From Podarcis bocagei (taxonomy: Eukaryota): a stretch of DNA of 64,000 bases. The position numbers and the translations under genes were made by a program. Location: the NCBI GenBank assembly GCA_964188305.1, contig OZ076893.1; one strand, given 5' to 3'. The notes beneath the pieces are model-generated. The model saw nothing but the letters and a program-made list of their open reading frames with translations, searched no databases and had not been told where the DNA came from. Of the stretch, positions 50,973 to 64,000 are shown one piece after another (position 1 is the first letter of the stretch; each line of letters starts with the position of its first letter).

Positions 50973-51358
50973 AAAAAACTACATTAGCTGTGCCAATGGA
51001 TTTGGACATGGCGAAATGGATTTTTTTCTTTTTTGTATTAGAAACTGCTTTTGAAGGTTGCATTGGTTTCAGAAGAGTTTTGCCATGTAGCATCGGAAGG
51101 TCTTGTTAAATAAATGTGTGTGCTCTTGAACATGCAATTTTATTTTATTTTTAGATCTAGCTCTGTGGAATCCAGAATATCTTATTGGTGCACTCCAACA
51201 ATGCAGTAATTGCTTTGTGAACTACTATACTTGCATTCTCCTCCTTTGTAATCACCTATTTAGTGCTTCTTAAGAAATTAAAGTTCCCCATAGACAAATA
51301 ATTGCGAAACAATGCTTTTCATCCAAGAGGCTAAGTCTCTGTTATCTCGCTCTCTTAG

Positions 51359-51512
51359 GCCCGGTGTTCCAGTTTGGAAGTAGTACTAATTTCAACTTTA
51401 CAGGCAACAGCCCAGGAGTATTTACCTTTGGTGCAGCTTCTGGTGCTCCAGCACAGCCTGCAGGTGGCTCTTCGGGATTTCCATTCACCCAGCCTTCATC
51501 ATTTAACCCAGG
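51359..51512 (+). CDS. NUP153: NUP153 exon 21
   Basis: CTTAG|GC...CCAGG|GTAAG; PVFQFGSSTNFNFTGNSPGVFTFGA. Confidence 0.92.
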
Positions 51513-52025
51513 GTAAGAAGGGCTTAAGACTTGGCATGATAGTGTGGCGGGGTCTATATATATTGAAGGTGCAATCTCCTAGTGCTTCCATGCACATGTT
51601 GTAATGTAAGGGAATCATTTTCAGGTACATCTATGGGAATTCCACACTATTGAATAGCAGTGCTGGGGTGGGGGGCAGGATGAACTTGCATTAATTGAAT
51701 CTACAAATTTGGTGTAAATTTAAATATCAATCTAGCTGTGGCTATTGGAAATGAATATTTAAAGCTGATGGCATTAAGCCTTTCAGATCAATTATACGCC
51801 TGCAGCTATCCTTGAAACAAAAGTTTAGATTACAACTCCTTAACTGAGTGACATAATCTCTAAAAAAATGATGTATTTAGTAAATGATCTATGGGATACT
51901 CACTCAAGTGCCTGGTTTTTTTACAGTGGATTTAAAATTTTTGTTCCACAATATTAGAAGCTTTAATACATACGACTTATCACTTTTAAGTTCCTCATGT
52001 TTAATTCTTTTCCTCCCTAAAGCAG

Positions 52026-52110
52026 GAATAATGGGAAAAATATATTCTCCACATCTGGATCTTCACAGCCTGTTCGGAAGATAAAGACAGCTGTTAGACG
52101 TAGAAAATAA
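52026..52110 (+). CDS. NUP153: NUP153 exon 22, terminal coding part
   Basis: AAGCAG|G; NNGKNIFSTSGSSQPVRKIKTAVRRRK*, with the characteristic NUP153 C-terminus RKIKTAVRRRK. Confidence 0.95.
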
Positions 52111-53090
52111 AATATTAATGATTGTTACAGACAGCAGTTTTCTTACCCACAGCTGGTTGCCCTGCATTGTTCAATTACTGAATTGTACCTCATGCTGGGT
52201 TTAGCTGAAGCCAGGTCTGCCTAAACTCTGCTCGCTTTCCCCCCTCCCCATTTAGGTTTTTTTAATAATTAAGAGTTGGTGGCAGGGAGGATCTTAAGCA
52301 AAACTATTTTAGAATCCAAGAGTTTTCACTGACTTGGCATGGTCTGGCTATAGATATAAATATAGCCTGCACAGCGAATGGCTTCGTATAATACCTCTGT
52401 TTGCACCACTTTGTGCGCTCATCTGCGTTTACTGACACCTCGAAATTGTAATTATATCAGAGGGGAGTCTGTATAGAGTAGAGAATGTGGATAATGAGTG
52501 GTTTCTATGCGGAGTTTGTGCTGATGTATGTGTGAAGTGAGCGAGTTGCGTGTATTGTGCACTAAAATTTTCTGATAGAGGAAGAATGATTAAAGAATGG
52601 TCCATGCTAAGGACTAGTTAGATCAGTAGTACTTCATTCAATAATTAGATGCTCTTTCTATTTTCATTCTTACTCCTTATCACCTGTCTCGCTTTTTCAA
52701 TATTTTATTATGAAACAAATGTGTAAATACAATTCAGTTTCTCAATGTACTTTGACATAACAGATCTGTGAACTTGAAATTTTAATTTTGTGTGTTACAG
52801 CAAATTTTTGTTTAGTATTGTCTCAGATTTTATTATGTAAATCTCATTATTCAAAGTTGCCTAAATCCATTAAAGACCTTTAAAATTGGGAATTCTTAAA
52901 GTGAGTTTATTGGCTTTTCTGATCCATTTTTGTTTGGACCAAAAACCAGTATTGTACAAAGTGTTAAGTATATATTTTTATATTTACGGAAATGGACTCT
53001 GGTGACTTTGGATAATAAGGAAAAGTTTAATATTAAAGCCATGTTTATTACAGTATAATTAACATGTTAAACCATGGGATAAATGCCATC

Positions 53091-53096
53091 AATAAA
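53091..53096 (+). terminator. NUP153 polyadenylation signal
   Basis: AATAAA about 1 kb after the stop, followed by a GT-rich downstream element (TGTTTGTGGTG). Confidence 0.7.
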
Positions 53097-53354
53097 AATT
53101 ATGGAAATATGTTTGTGGTGAATTTTAATATAAGCACGTGGTCTTACAAGAATCTACAAATTCTCTGTTAGTAGGATATACGTCTTATATTTACAGTGAA
53201 CAAATGCTGATCAGTGTAAATTAAATGCATCTGTTATTGTGCTAATAACAGGGTGCCTGAACTTCAAAACCCAGAGGGCTAAACCCAGTTGTCTGGAGCA
53301 TTTGAATACACTTTACCTTGCAGCCATACGTAATAAACCAGGGACAATAATGTC

Positions 53355-53360
53355 TTTATT
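53355..53360 (-). terminator. Candidate FAM8A1 distal polyadenylation signal
   Basis: TTTATT on + (AATAAA on -), about 3.6 kb downstream of the FAM8A1 stop. I recognised no repeat elements in the intervening region. Confidence 0.45.
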
Positions 53361-56300
53361 AAAATAGTTACTGCCTAGTTACTGCCAAGTAACTGGCAGC
53401 AAGTGAAAGATAAACGATCACAGGTACCTTGATTAACAGTCTCAGCTTGGTTTATAAGAGGTTCTTCTTCTTTGCGGTCTGCAGTCCCATATGCAGGTCC
53501 TCATCTTCACAGAACCCTTCAAGAGTTCCAGTCAGGAGGTTTGTGCTCATTTCTCCCCTTTCCTGCTATCTTAAGGCTAGTAGGTCTTTAGGTTTATATA
53601 CATGCCTCAAAAAAAAACTGGATAAGGACCTTTCAACTATGTTTTTCCAACAGCTTGCATTATCACCATCTAGCAAACCATTCTCCATTGTTTTCTCTTG
53701 CCCTAATCCTCTGCTGCAGAGGCCAAAGTCCTCAAGACACACAAAGAACATTTTGTCCCACGTATTTTGCTTTTATCCTAGCAGTCCTCAGGGATGGGTT
53801 TCTAGCATATTTGATAGCCTAAAGAAAAATAACATAAGTGGCTGAACACATTTACTCCTTTTTCGAAAGGGATGTGGGAGGCAAGAAGTCAAGGAGCAGT
53901 TGCCAGTTGTGGGCATTTTACTTTGTGATGTAGAACCTGCTTTTGCAATATGCACAACTCCATGTCTGGCTGGCTTTTTTGTATATGCTTGGGGGCAGGT
54001 AAAAAAAAACTCGTAACCTTTCCATTCTGCTGTTCCTGAGACCTTTTGAAGCATGGTGGCTCAAGAGTAATGCAACTAAACTATTAGTTGATGAGCCAAA
54101 GGTCTAGAAACAAAGATGAATTTATGAAGCACCTTTTAAAATAACATATTACCATAACAAATTTATCAGCCCCAGCAGCCAGGAATTAGCAGCTTTCACT
54201 GAAAAATGTGGGTTTTAAAGCCTAAAATATGTAATACTCAACTATGAGCAACAAAGCAACAACTTGATAAATGCAACATAAAGACACATACCCAAAGTAT
54301 AAAAAAGCAATCATGTATGCAGTTTAAATGCTGGCTTAATTAATCTTTATAATATCTAATAACACAAGTACTGCAGTATTCATTACTAAAATAGTTGATC
54401 AAAGCAGTTTGTGTCCTTTGTGCTCTACAACTGATAATACCGCTGCTGCTACGACTACTGTGTCTCTCTCAGCTTAACTAAAAGTGTAGAAATGTACCCT
54501 TCAATTGATGGAACTGTGTGCAAAAAACACCTTACAAGTTAAATGCAACACAGAAGGGTAGTGCAAACATAGTCAAAATCCACAATCCTTGAACTGGTGA
54601 CAACCTTTTTCACATCCAGATGGACTGACTTCCACTAGTCAGAGCTCCACTCCATGATTTTCCACATGGTTCACTGTTCTGGGCCTGACTACTCTGCAGG
54701 TAGTCAATTCTGCTATCCCTTGCTGTTGGAAGTAACTGAATGATCTTATCACACCAGAAGCAGAGATGCTATCCCCAATTGATATCAGCTTTAATTAAAC
54801 TAGGATAAACTAGTAGCACATAATTCAGCAATGCTGTGTGGAGCTACCTCTTACTACTCGATTCATAGAGCTTATTTGATTTGTCAGCCCAGCTGTTCTC
54901 TCAGAGGGACTGAATTAGTGCTAAGTTATAATTAATGAAGACAGGCACCTAAAGCTAAACCAAACCATGAATAAACCCTGGTTACATCTTGTCTGAATGA
55001 CAAGATGTATTAGCATTAGCAGGGTGTGGGAGAAGCAGAGAAGTGCAGTGGCCAAGATCTCTTCAAGAAACCCATGCTAAACTAGTTCAGCTTAGCATTG
55101 CCTGCCAATTGGCTCATAGGTTCTTTAGTTCTAAGGAATAGGATATTTGCCATAAGACAAGTGGGTGTGGTAAATCTCCCAATCCATCAGTGCTCTCCTG
55201 TAAGAAGGCCTTCCTCAACATGCATTTATGTTCAGTGCTGCAAACCGTAGCAGCAAGACTACTTGCAGATTTTTCAGCCCTAAAATTAATTCATTCAGAA
55301 AGATGGAAAGAGACGAGTTAAGGAAGCAGCCTTGGCACAAACTTTTAATCCTTCCAGAAATGTATTTTAGGCGAAATGTTAAGTACTTACTCCTGTATGA
55401 TCTCCCCTCCAAGAGGCTCTCGCACAGTCATCTTTATTTGAACACAGGACTTCTCAAAATTCCTGTGAGGCGAGAAATAATATTTCTTTGCTGCTCCCTA
55501 TTGAACAGCAGCCCTTCCCTCTTAACTGTTTGTCTAATTAGAAGAATATTTCTGATACTCTGTTACATTTGGAAAGTCACCACTGTAGCCATATGATCTG
55601 TCAAGTTTGAGATCCCTGCTTATGTACATGGACAAGAATCTGAATCTCACGACACCATTCCAGTTCCAAAACTAAACCAATGGCTCAGTTGTGAACTTCC
55701 TTAAACTGAGATACTGCAATAACTTGAAAACACCAGTGTATGTTATAATAGTTACATTTTTAAAAGACGTGTTGTTTTTTAAAAAAATCAGCAATATCCC
55801 ATTACAATAAGTTAGTTCCTTATCAAGTGACCAGAAACTAATAGAAACATTGTGTTCTGGTTACATAGTATTTGATCTTAAGGGAACAGAAGATTAAGGG
55901 AGAATGGTAATACTTTTTAAAGTTTGCCAAGCCATAAAAACTTGATACCAATGTGCTATTCAGCTAATATTCTATTTGTAAAAATAAATCATGCAAAATA
56001 TGCTTTGTTCAATAAGGATAATTTAAATTATCTAGGCACACAACCAGATAAAGTGAAAGTGCACCTATTTATATTTGCTTTTTCAAAGATCACACAGATT
56101 CTCTATTGCTTTAGCAATAGTGTTACTGGCTATTTTTAAAAAAATTATTTTGTTATAAAATGGTGCAAAAGGCTATGCATAAACTTCCTTTTGCTCGTAT
56201 CTCAAACATACTGTGGTTCTCATTAAACAAATCTGAAGTTTGTTTTTCTCCTTTTTGCACTAGTTTAAGTTTTCTGTGCTCTTACAAAGGGGGAGGGGGA

Positions 56301-56950
56301 CGAGAGAGAAATCAAACTTTTCCTTATCCTAAGCAGTGATTAACATGTAATTTGCATCAATTCCCTATAGTAATACTGTCAGAACTCCAATATATACCAG
56401 TTTACCAATACCAGAATTATCTGTCTTCCATGATATAGCACATATTCAGTTACTGGATTTGTGTTCAAGATCTCTTCATCATGCAAGACACACAAGATGT
56501 TTAAAAGAAAACTTTTGAGTATTAAAATACAATGTTTGCATGAGAAATTCATGATAAGGCTTTATAAAGTGGCAACTCAAGTCTGCCACCATAGCATTAT
56601 ATAACTTCTAGCAATTTGCCGCAAACACTATAATCCCTTTGGTTATCTCCTGTAATAGTTTTGAGTGTTCATGAAAAATAAGTCTCTCTTTTACTGTAGA
56701 ACTAGCATTTCTCATACACTAGAAGACACTCTGACCATAGGCTGCCAATAGCTTTTGAAGATAACATTCTCTTGATCAGTTCAAATACTCTCAAATTATA
56801 TCAATGCCATTTTCTCCAATGTTTATGGCACTGCTGGAATTTTAAAAAAAGTTCAGTGTCATCATTGGCACTGTTCTGGAGTGACAGATTCAGAAATCCA
56901 CCAGATGTCATCAGCACATTTGAACAGTAGAATCCTGGCTTCCTTGTGTA

Positions 56951-57095
56951 TCATCTGACACCGTTTCGTTTTACCACAATTGTTCCTGCTACAATATCAT
57001 AGGCTGTTCGGTTATGCTGAAAAAACAGCAGGGTAATGAATGCAGGAAAAAAGGAAGCAATAGAAAAATTCTTGATCAAAGCTCGTATTGTAGAT
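56951..57095 (-). CDS. FAM8A1: FAM8A1 terminal coding exon (RDD domain)
   Basis: Minus strand CTTTCCAG|A; STIRALIKNFSIASFFPAFITLLFFQHNRTAYDIVAGTIVVKRNGVR*. Confidence 0.95.
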
Positions 57096-58013
57096 CTGGA
57101 AAGAAAAGAGATTATATGTCATCTCTGCAGTTCTGTAAACGAGTTATTTTGACGAGTTATACAACTGCTAAAAAAAACACAAAAACACAAAAACCAACCC
57201 CCCTCTCAGAATAATTTCCATTTCTGAGAACCAATACACATCAGCTTTCATTAAGACAAATTTTCTATTGTTACTTTCAGAATCAAGGATATTAGTCCTA
57301 GTTTGAAGAATCCACTCTTAACAAAGCCACACCAAAGCCATGTTCCCCCTTCACAGCTGGTGTACTGCTGCACACCTTGTATTTTGTGTTTTACTAACAC
57401 ACTTCTTCCATTCATTAAATATTCAAACACCGTTTCTCCAGGAAAAGCAACCAGAGATCATTAGTAAAGGATTCAATATTATAATGCCTTTATACAAAGA
57501 CAAGCATTGTCGCACCATAGAATACCCTGTATGGTTCTGATTGTTATACCTCATAAGGATAAATATCAGAACAGTAATTCAGGGAGTTATAAATAACCAA
57601 GCTTTCTTCCTCATAAATTGTTAGATGACAATGAAGGGAACAATCCTACACACAAGAAGCTGGCATAAAGAAAGCCAGTGTAAGTAAAGCTGATGCAAAG
57701 TTACACTGGATTCAAACCCTGTTCAGCCGCAGGGATACTGCTGTTCTGCCAAAGCCTGGTAAATGTCTTTATAGTGCTTGTTTTCAATCCCAGCTGTCAC
57801 TATTGTTGGCTTATTTTGTTAAAAAAATCTTACTGTATAAAGTTTAATTAGGCTGTAAGCCACCTTGAAATTGAAGTGGAGGTGGGCAAAAGACCTTATC
57901 GCAAGGCTCTATTCAATGAAGGAAAAAATAACTATTTATTCAATGTAACTAGAAAAAACTGATGAACCACTACTTGTACCAACATAATAGTGATACAAAA
58001 AAAGTTAACTTAC

Positions 58014-58153
58014 GTTGTCATGCTCACATTAGAAGATGGAATCACTAACACGCGACTTGGTGCAATAAGTACAGATGTGTCGCATGTCACAACTCGAAGC
58101 CCAAGCAGAAATTTCCCTGGGGTTGCTCCACCTGCTCCCCAAATGCAAATAAT
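58014..58153 (-). CDS. FAM8A1: FAM8A1 internal exon
   Basis: TTTTCAG|ATT...AC|GTAAGT; IICIWGAGGATPGKFLLGLRVVTCDTSVLIAPSRVLVIPSSNVSMT (RDD TPGK..LGLRVV motif). Confidence 0.95.
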
Positions 58154-58534
58154 CTGAAAATAAATGCCATTTCAAATTTTGTCGCCAGGAAACAATATTT
58201 TACCTTGCACAACCTTCCAAATGCAAATACATTAAAAATGAAGCTAACTTGATGAAACCAGAAGAACTTCAAAACATGTTTTGTAATTGGGGATATAACT
58301 GGAGAGGGAGGGATAACCTGCTCCCTGTCATGGGCAACTCATAACCCTAGAGACTATGTAGAGAGTGGCTTCTGCTTCTTGGTCACACTAGAATGTAACA
58401 TAAAATAGGAATTCATTTTGTATATCGGTGACTTTTCCAAAAGTTCTCATTATCTGTGTCAGTTTAAGCTCACTAAGGATTAAGACATATGTTCTCACTA
58501 TTCACTACTGAACGTGTAGTTAAGGCTTAGATAC

Positions 58535-58658
58535 CTCATAGAAGCAGACTAGCAATCTGTAGACAAGGGCCACTATCATCATTTTCTGTAAATCTTCCAT
58601 GGAAGTGTCTTCATCTATTTCCTCTATGATGTAATGCATGGCAAACTTGGATATATCC
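58535..58658 (-). CDS. FAM8A1: FAM8A1 internal exon
   Basis: TGCAG|G...GAG|GTATCT; DISKFAMHYIIEEIDEDTSMEDLQKMMIVALVYRLLVCFYE. Confidence 0.95.
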
Positions 58659-58832
58659 CTGCACCAAAAAAAAAAAAAAAATCATTTTAGTAATCAATAA
58701 CACTAACATACAATATCGCACTACAGTATAGATGCTTCTATTCAATCGCCACTTTCCTGTCAAATGTTTTCACCTGATGGGAATTTTAAGTGCATAGAAT
58801 TGAGTAGTGACTAAGGAATCAGAATTAAGTTG

Positions 58833-58944
58833 CATGGGTGTAGCCAAGGGGGGCAGCTGCCCCTCCATCAAGAAAAATCCATAAAAAATACTTAAATAAC
58901 TGAGGTTCTGCTCCCCCACAACAAAAATCCTGGCTATACCCATG
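58833..58944. mobile_element. Short hAT-like MITE
   Basis: 14-bp TIRs CATGGGTGTAGCCA / TGGCTATACCCATG (1 mismatch); TSD not clear. Confidence 0.6.
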
Positions 58945-60058
58945 ACAAATTGTGTCTATATTTCAGCCAGTTCCAACTGTATTTAGATTACACAAGCTGG
59001 ATGCTACTCGCTCTTGGCAACAGTTTCAATTCATGCAGAAAATATGCTTATTTCGCATCTAAAAGCACAATTCCACATCTACAAAAGCGTGAGAGCTAGT
59101 ATATGGTAGGAAGTCCCCAGGACTAATCTTGCCTATGTCATGAACTTCACAGTGTAACCTTAGGCAAGCCAAACTCTCAGTCTCAAAATTCATGGATAAA
59201 AATACTCTATCTTCTCCTCCAAACTTCCTCCAACACGGGGAAGTTGTACAGTCTAAAATATGGTAGTGTATGTGAACTGTTACAAATACTTCAAAGTGTA
59301 CAAAAATGCTGGATTATGTTAATTATTTTGAGGTAAGCAAACCCCATCTGAAAAACCTAAATATTTTATATCGACCAATGCCAACTTATCAACTTTTATC
59401 AAGCTATACAATTATTTTTTAAATGCCACGTTAAAAAACATTAGGTGAGATGCAAACAAGTATTCTATAATTTTTAAAAAGATGAACATAATTTTCCAAT
59501 ATACTTCTCTATAAGGAAACAATATTCATTAAGTCAAAAGTCACCTACACCCAAGGACTATAGCACTCATTTTGCAAGTGCTGTATTTACTAAATCTTGA
59601 AGTATGACTTAAGTTTTGCTGCAACTCCAAAGCTTGAGAAATAGGGTACAGCTAAATTTAAGCTTATACAAAGTATTATTATCATATTAGTTTGTTGTTT
59701 AATAAAGAAACATTTTTTTGGCTCAAAGCAACTAACATTTTTTTAAACCACAGCACCAAATTAAAATGTATCAAAATATTTGAAAAAACTCATTCATGAG
59801 TGTTCCTACATGGAAAAATAGTTCTACAGCTAGAAATCTAGTATGGCAGGGAGGAAACTTGGCTAGATCCTTTAACATATATGTTTTCTATGTTCAGGGA
59901 TTTATTTTGGTATGAAGAACATTCAGTCATTCAGCCTCCACCTGCAATTTGAAATGGACTAGTTCTGTTATATGTTTTTCTAATTCAATGAAAAGAAGAG
60001 CACAGTTAAGAAGAGGAGAAATTATAACATTTTCTATATTATGTATTATAAAACTTAC

Positions 60059-60179
60059 TTTATTCCACTGAGGTGCATAATACTCAAAACTATGGTTGCT
60101 TTAATAAAGAAAAGAATGAAGAAGTCCACCATCTCTGCTATAAACCTGTGAGCCAACGATGGGATAATATATTCACGAC
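60059..60179 (-). CDS. FAM8A1: FAM8A1 internal exon (probably exon 2; the first exon was not found in the window)
   Basis: AAACAG|GT...AA|GTAAGT; REYIIPSLAHRFIAEMVDFFILFFIKATIVLSIMHLSGI. Confidence 0.93.
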
Positions 60180-60287
60180 CTGTTTTTTAAAAACAAGAGT
60201 ATTCAATAGTATAGTATTAATACAAAATAAACAGCTTGAAAAAAGGTGCAATGTGCAGATAGGCTTATTATATTTCACTTTACATAA

Positions 60288-60654
60288 AAGGTAAAGGTAA
60301 AGGACCCCTGACAGTTAAGTCTAGTCGCGAACGACTCTGGGGTTGTGGCGCTTATCACGCTTTACTGGCCGAGGGAGCCGACGTTTGTCCAGAGACAGTT
60401 TTTCTGGGTCATGTGGCCAGCATGACTAAGCTGCTTCTGGCGAACCAGAGCAGCACATGGAAACGACGTTTACCTTCCCGCTGGAGCGGTACCTATTTAT
60501 CTACTTGCACTTTGATGTGCTTTCGAACTGCTAGGTTGGCAGGAGCTGGGACCGAGCAACGGGGGCTCACCCCATTGCAGGGATTCGAACCGCTGACCTT
60601 CCGATTGGCAAGCCCTAGGCTCTGTGGTTTAGACCACAGCGCCACCCACGTCCC
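60288..60654 (-). mobile_element. Sauria SINE
   Basis: (AAAGGT)n tail at the left and reverse-complement head at the right; 14-bp TSD TTCACTTTACATAA (60274-60287, 60655-60668). Confidence 0.92.
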
Positions 60655-62859
60655 TTCACTTTACATAACCAATTGCAAATGATGCAATATTATAGTTGTA
60701 TGTATAATGCACGAAAACACATAGACACAACTGGAAACCACACCAGCTTAATGGAAATTTACCACCATATGATCATTACTATGTGAACCAATGTTCTCAA
60801 GTGAAAACAAAGTGCTGAGAAGCAACAAAAAAGACTGCCTGATAGTCTTCTCCCATGCCATGCTATCCTGGCACGAGGTCTGCTGCAATAATACTTGAGC
60901 TATTCACAGAGAACTGAGGCCTTGCCATGAACCATCTAGCGTTGGGATGGAGGGAAAGTAGCTTTGGATCTATTCGTAGATATCTGGCTGATTTGTAGGG
61001 ATCAAGGGATTCGAATTACATGTGTGGAAACTAATGTGCTAATAAAGAAATTGTGTTTAGTTTAATTGACAATTACAGTGTTAAATGGTTATTTTAAAAA
61101 TGATCTTTCTATTTATATTCAATTCTATTTCTTCTCTTAATGAACTTTACTATTTCTACTATTTACATATTTTAAAATGAGATGTAATTGTATGCTGATC
61201 TAATCAATACACTTTATATACTTTTTCCAAGTTAAGTTAATGAGAATTAGTTAATGTAATCTAATTCTCAACAGAAAGTAAATCTGCAATCAAAAATAAT
61301 TCTCTGCCATGGCTGGTCTTGTACTAATCACTTATCTCTCATACTGAAGTTTTTCTCACCTGTAAGATACACTTATTAAATGGTTGCTTTTAACGAGGTC
61401 TTACTGCAGCTTTGCTAGCTAGTTTGAAAGCTGTATGATCAATCCTTATGCCACTATTTTGCAACTAGTCCTGATGCTTCCTTGTGCTTTAAAAGGGAGG
61501 CAGTAAGGAAGAACATACATTTTACACTTGATTTGGAAAGCACCCTTTTTCCTACTCTAAATTTCATATTTCCCTTTTGAAAATACACATGAGAATCAAT
61601 GCTTGAAAATGGAATTTCAAGATTTGGGCTTCTGCATTTATTTTTAGGGAACGACTTGACATTCTGCATTAGATGCACTTGGTGTTTCTGCAGAAATGAC
61701 AAATATTTCAATGCAATGGTATCATACCACAAACTGCACTTCTGAGTGACATTGTAGGTTTTCCAGAGGCATCTCACTAACAATTGTAGGAAACCGGCTG
61801 CTGGCCAAGAAATAGCTTAATTACCTCTAGGAAGGCTCTTATGCACTTATCTAAAGGGCCCCACCCAAGCCCTTCCATACTTATCTTTACCAAAAGTTTC
61901 TAGAAGGGTAGACATGTTGAATTCCAACCTATACCTATTTCCTGAAAGCAAGCCCCACTCATCTCAATGGAACTTAGAATGCAGCAAAATCAACAAAGAC
62001 TCGTACAGCCCCTTAAAAACACGAACAAATTTATTAGGCTTTTTATCAGGCTCAGCTGGTCTGAGGCCAGGGTGGAGGTCCTGTTAGAATAAAGTTGTAA
62101 ACTCAAACAAAAAATCAGCCAGTCTGGTTACATAAGATAGCAGGGCCTCTTGGCCGACTTACGGTAGCTCTCCAAGGGCCACGACAAGTGTACCCAGCTG
62201 CTCACGCCTATAGACAGGCTTGCTTTCATTCCAAGCTCCCCCTCTACTCTGTCCTCAGTGAACTGCTCAGCAGAGTTTTTATGAGTAGTAAAATAATTGG
62301 TGAGGCACAGCCTTGGAGAAAAAATGGCCAACCACTTGAAAATTGACCATTCTCGCATCGAAAGTCAATGTCTGCTCCAAACTTGATACCACAGTTGATT
62401 AGGCCTTTAGAGGTACTTAGAGCATTGCCATTTTTTTCAGTTATTGTTGCCTGAGGATACAGCAGAACATTAGATGTCAGGCTCACCACATGCTCTCTTG
62501 ACCCTTGCCCATTTTGACTTTTAAGATCTAGCAAGGAGGAACTTGATTAGGTGGATCAAGGGAATGGATTATGTCTCACTTAGAAGTCGTAGTGCATTCC
62601 TTCCTGAACCATCCAGTCACATATCCCATTCCTGGGCAAGATAGCAGAGTGTGACAGCTCGCCAACGACAAACATTCCAGGATAAAATTAATTATTCAAC
62701 CTAATTTCAGTTTGCCTTCAGATCTGGGTATGGCACTGAAACAATCTCGGTCATCCTTAAAGGACTGCTCCCATACAGTAGTATTGGGGGACATCTACAC
62801 AGCTTCATGGCATTCATATTGTCCCCCATTCACTTTAATGGAAACCAGCAGCCATGTGT

Positions 62860-63720
62860 GGACCAAGACAGCCTGGTGGCAATGACCAGCAACACACACT
62901 CTACCATCTCTCAGTTGAATTACTGCAACACACTCTACATAGAGCTGCCTTTTAGTATAGTTCAGAAGATGCAGTTAGTGAAGAATTCCACTGCCATGTT
63001 TTTACATGGGGTAGCAAGAAGAACTCTGCACAAGGCCCAGTTCAAGAGTATGGACATATAACGCCCTGTACAGTCTGGGGCACTAGTACTTTTATTTTTT
63101 TATTTATTAAATATTTTCTTGATTTACAAAGGTCTGTGCAATGTCTCTCTCTCGTATCCCCCATGTAATATTTTTTACAAATCAGTTTCATTTGTTAAGA
63201 CATCAGGAAGAAAAGGGGGAAAGAGGTGGAGGGGGGAAAAGATGGGTGGGGATGTTTCTATTTTACTTAATATATGTAGGGTTTGGTGTCTGGCACTAGT
63301 ACTTTTAGAACACCTCCCCAGATGCTGCTGCCCAGGACTGACCTGCTGGGGGCCTGAAGGGCCTGAAGGGCCCTGCCCTGCCTCTCTCCACCTGGTTTGG
63401 GGCGGGGCCTGACAGGCTCCATAAAGGCCTGCTGCTGCTCGACAGAGAGGGCTCCTTTTTAAATTTGTTTTTATTTTTTATCTATGTCATTTTAAATTGT
63501 AATTGATATTAATGTTGTATTTTTTAGTTTTAGATTTTATTTATGTGGAAATTGTTTTCCATTTGGTTGTGTACCTTTTGATGTGTTTTATTTATTGTTT
63601 ATGATTTTTGTTATGTTATGTTGGTAATTATGTAAATCTTCTCATGCTGTAAGCTGCCTTGAGCATTGTTTTAACTATGGAAATGCGGCATAGAAATAAA
63701 ATGGTGGTGGTGGTGGTGAT
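62860..63720 (+). mobile_element. Decayed L2 LINE 3' region
   Basis: ISQLNYCNTLYIELPFSIVQKMQLVKN resembles the L2 ORF2 motif SRLDYCN.L..GLP...LQLVQN. Ends GTAAGCTGCCTTGAG...GCGGCATAGAAATAAA. Confidence 0.65.
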
Positions 63721-64000
63721 AATATCCAACCTATGCTTGGGAGAACTTGTCCATGATGCCACTGGTAGGCAAAGACCAAGGAGTAGGGGCATAAGGCAGG
63801 GACTTCTCGGTGGTGCCCACCCCCAACATTATGGCATTTCCTCCTGACTGAGATTCAGTTGTCCCTGTCCCTCCACATTGCCAACAACCAGGTGTAAAGT
63901 TAAAACACTTTGCCACCCTGGGTTGCCACCCGGAGGTGAGGGGTAGGTATTTAATGAATAAAACAGGTGTCAACCTAGCAGTTCGAAAGCACATCAAAGT

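Noticed and set aside
62100-62540. Minus-strand ORFs as FAM8A1 exon 1
   Set aside because: No FAM8A1-like sequence and no CpG island; probably a decayed repeat.

Overview
Eukaryotic vertebrate genomic DNA. Sauria SINEs, CR1/L2/L1 fragments and hAT/mariner MITEs point to a squamate, probably a lacertid lizard (inference). The window holds three spliced genes. (1) The 3' part (5 exons, 3249-8546, +) of an RRM-containing TRNAU1AP paralogue, likely the C6orf52/TRNAU1AP-like lineage. (2) A complete 22-exon NUP153 (+, ATG 11200, stop 52110; reconstructed CDS 4434 nt = 1477 aa) behind a CpG-island promoter. (3) The last four coding exons of FAM8A1 (-, 60179 to 56951), tail-to-tail with NUP153. The most notable finding is a 758-bp non-autonomous hAT DNA transposon (6818-7575, perfect 8-bp TSD CTTTAGGC) in the last intron of the TRNAU1AP-like gene. 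It carries a CpG-decayed, frameshifted genomic copy of sepiapterin reductase (SPR) exon 1 with its splice donor, i.e. a Pack-TIR-type gene-capture element. Related 'empty' MITEs lie elsewhere in the window. Gene identities come from recalled protein sequences and manual splice-phase checks, not from database searches.
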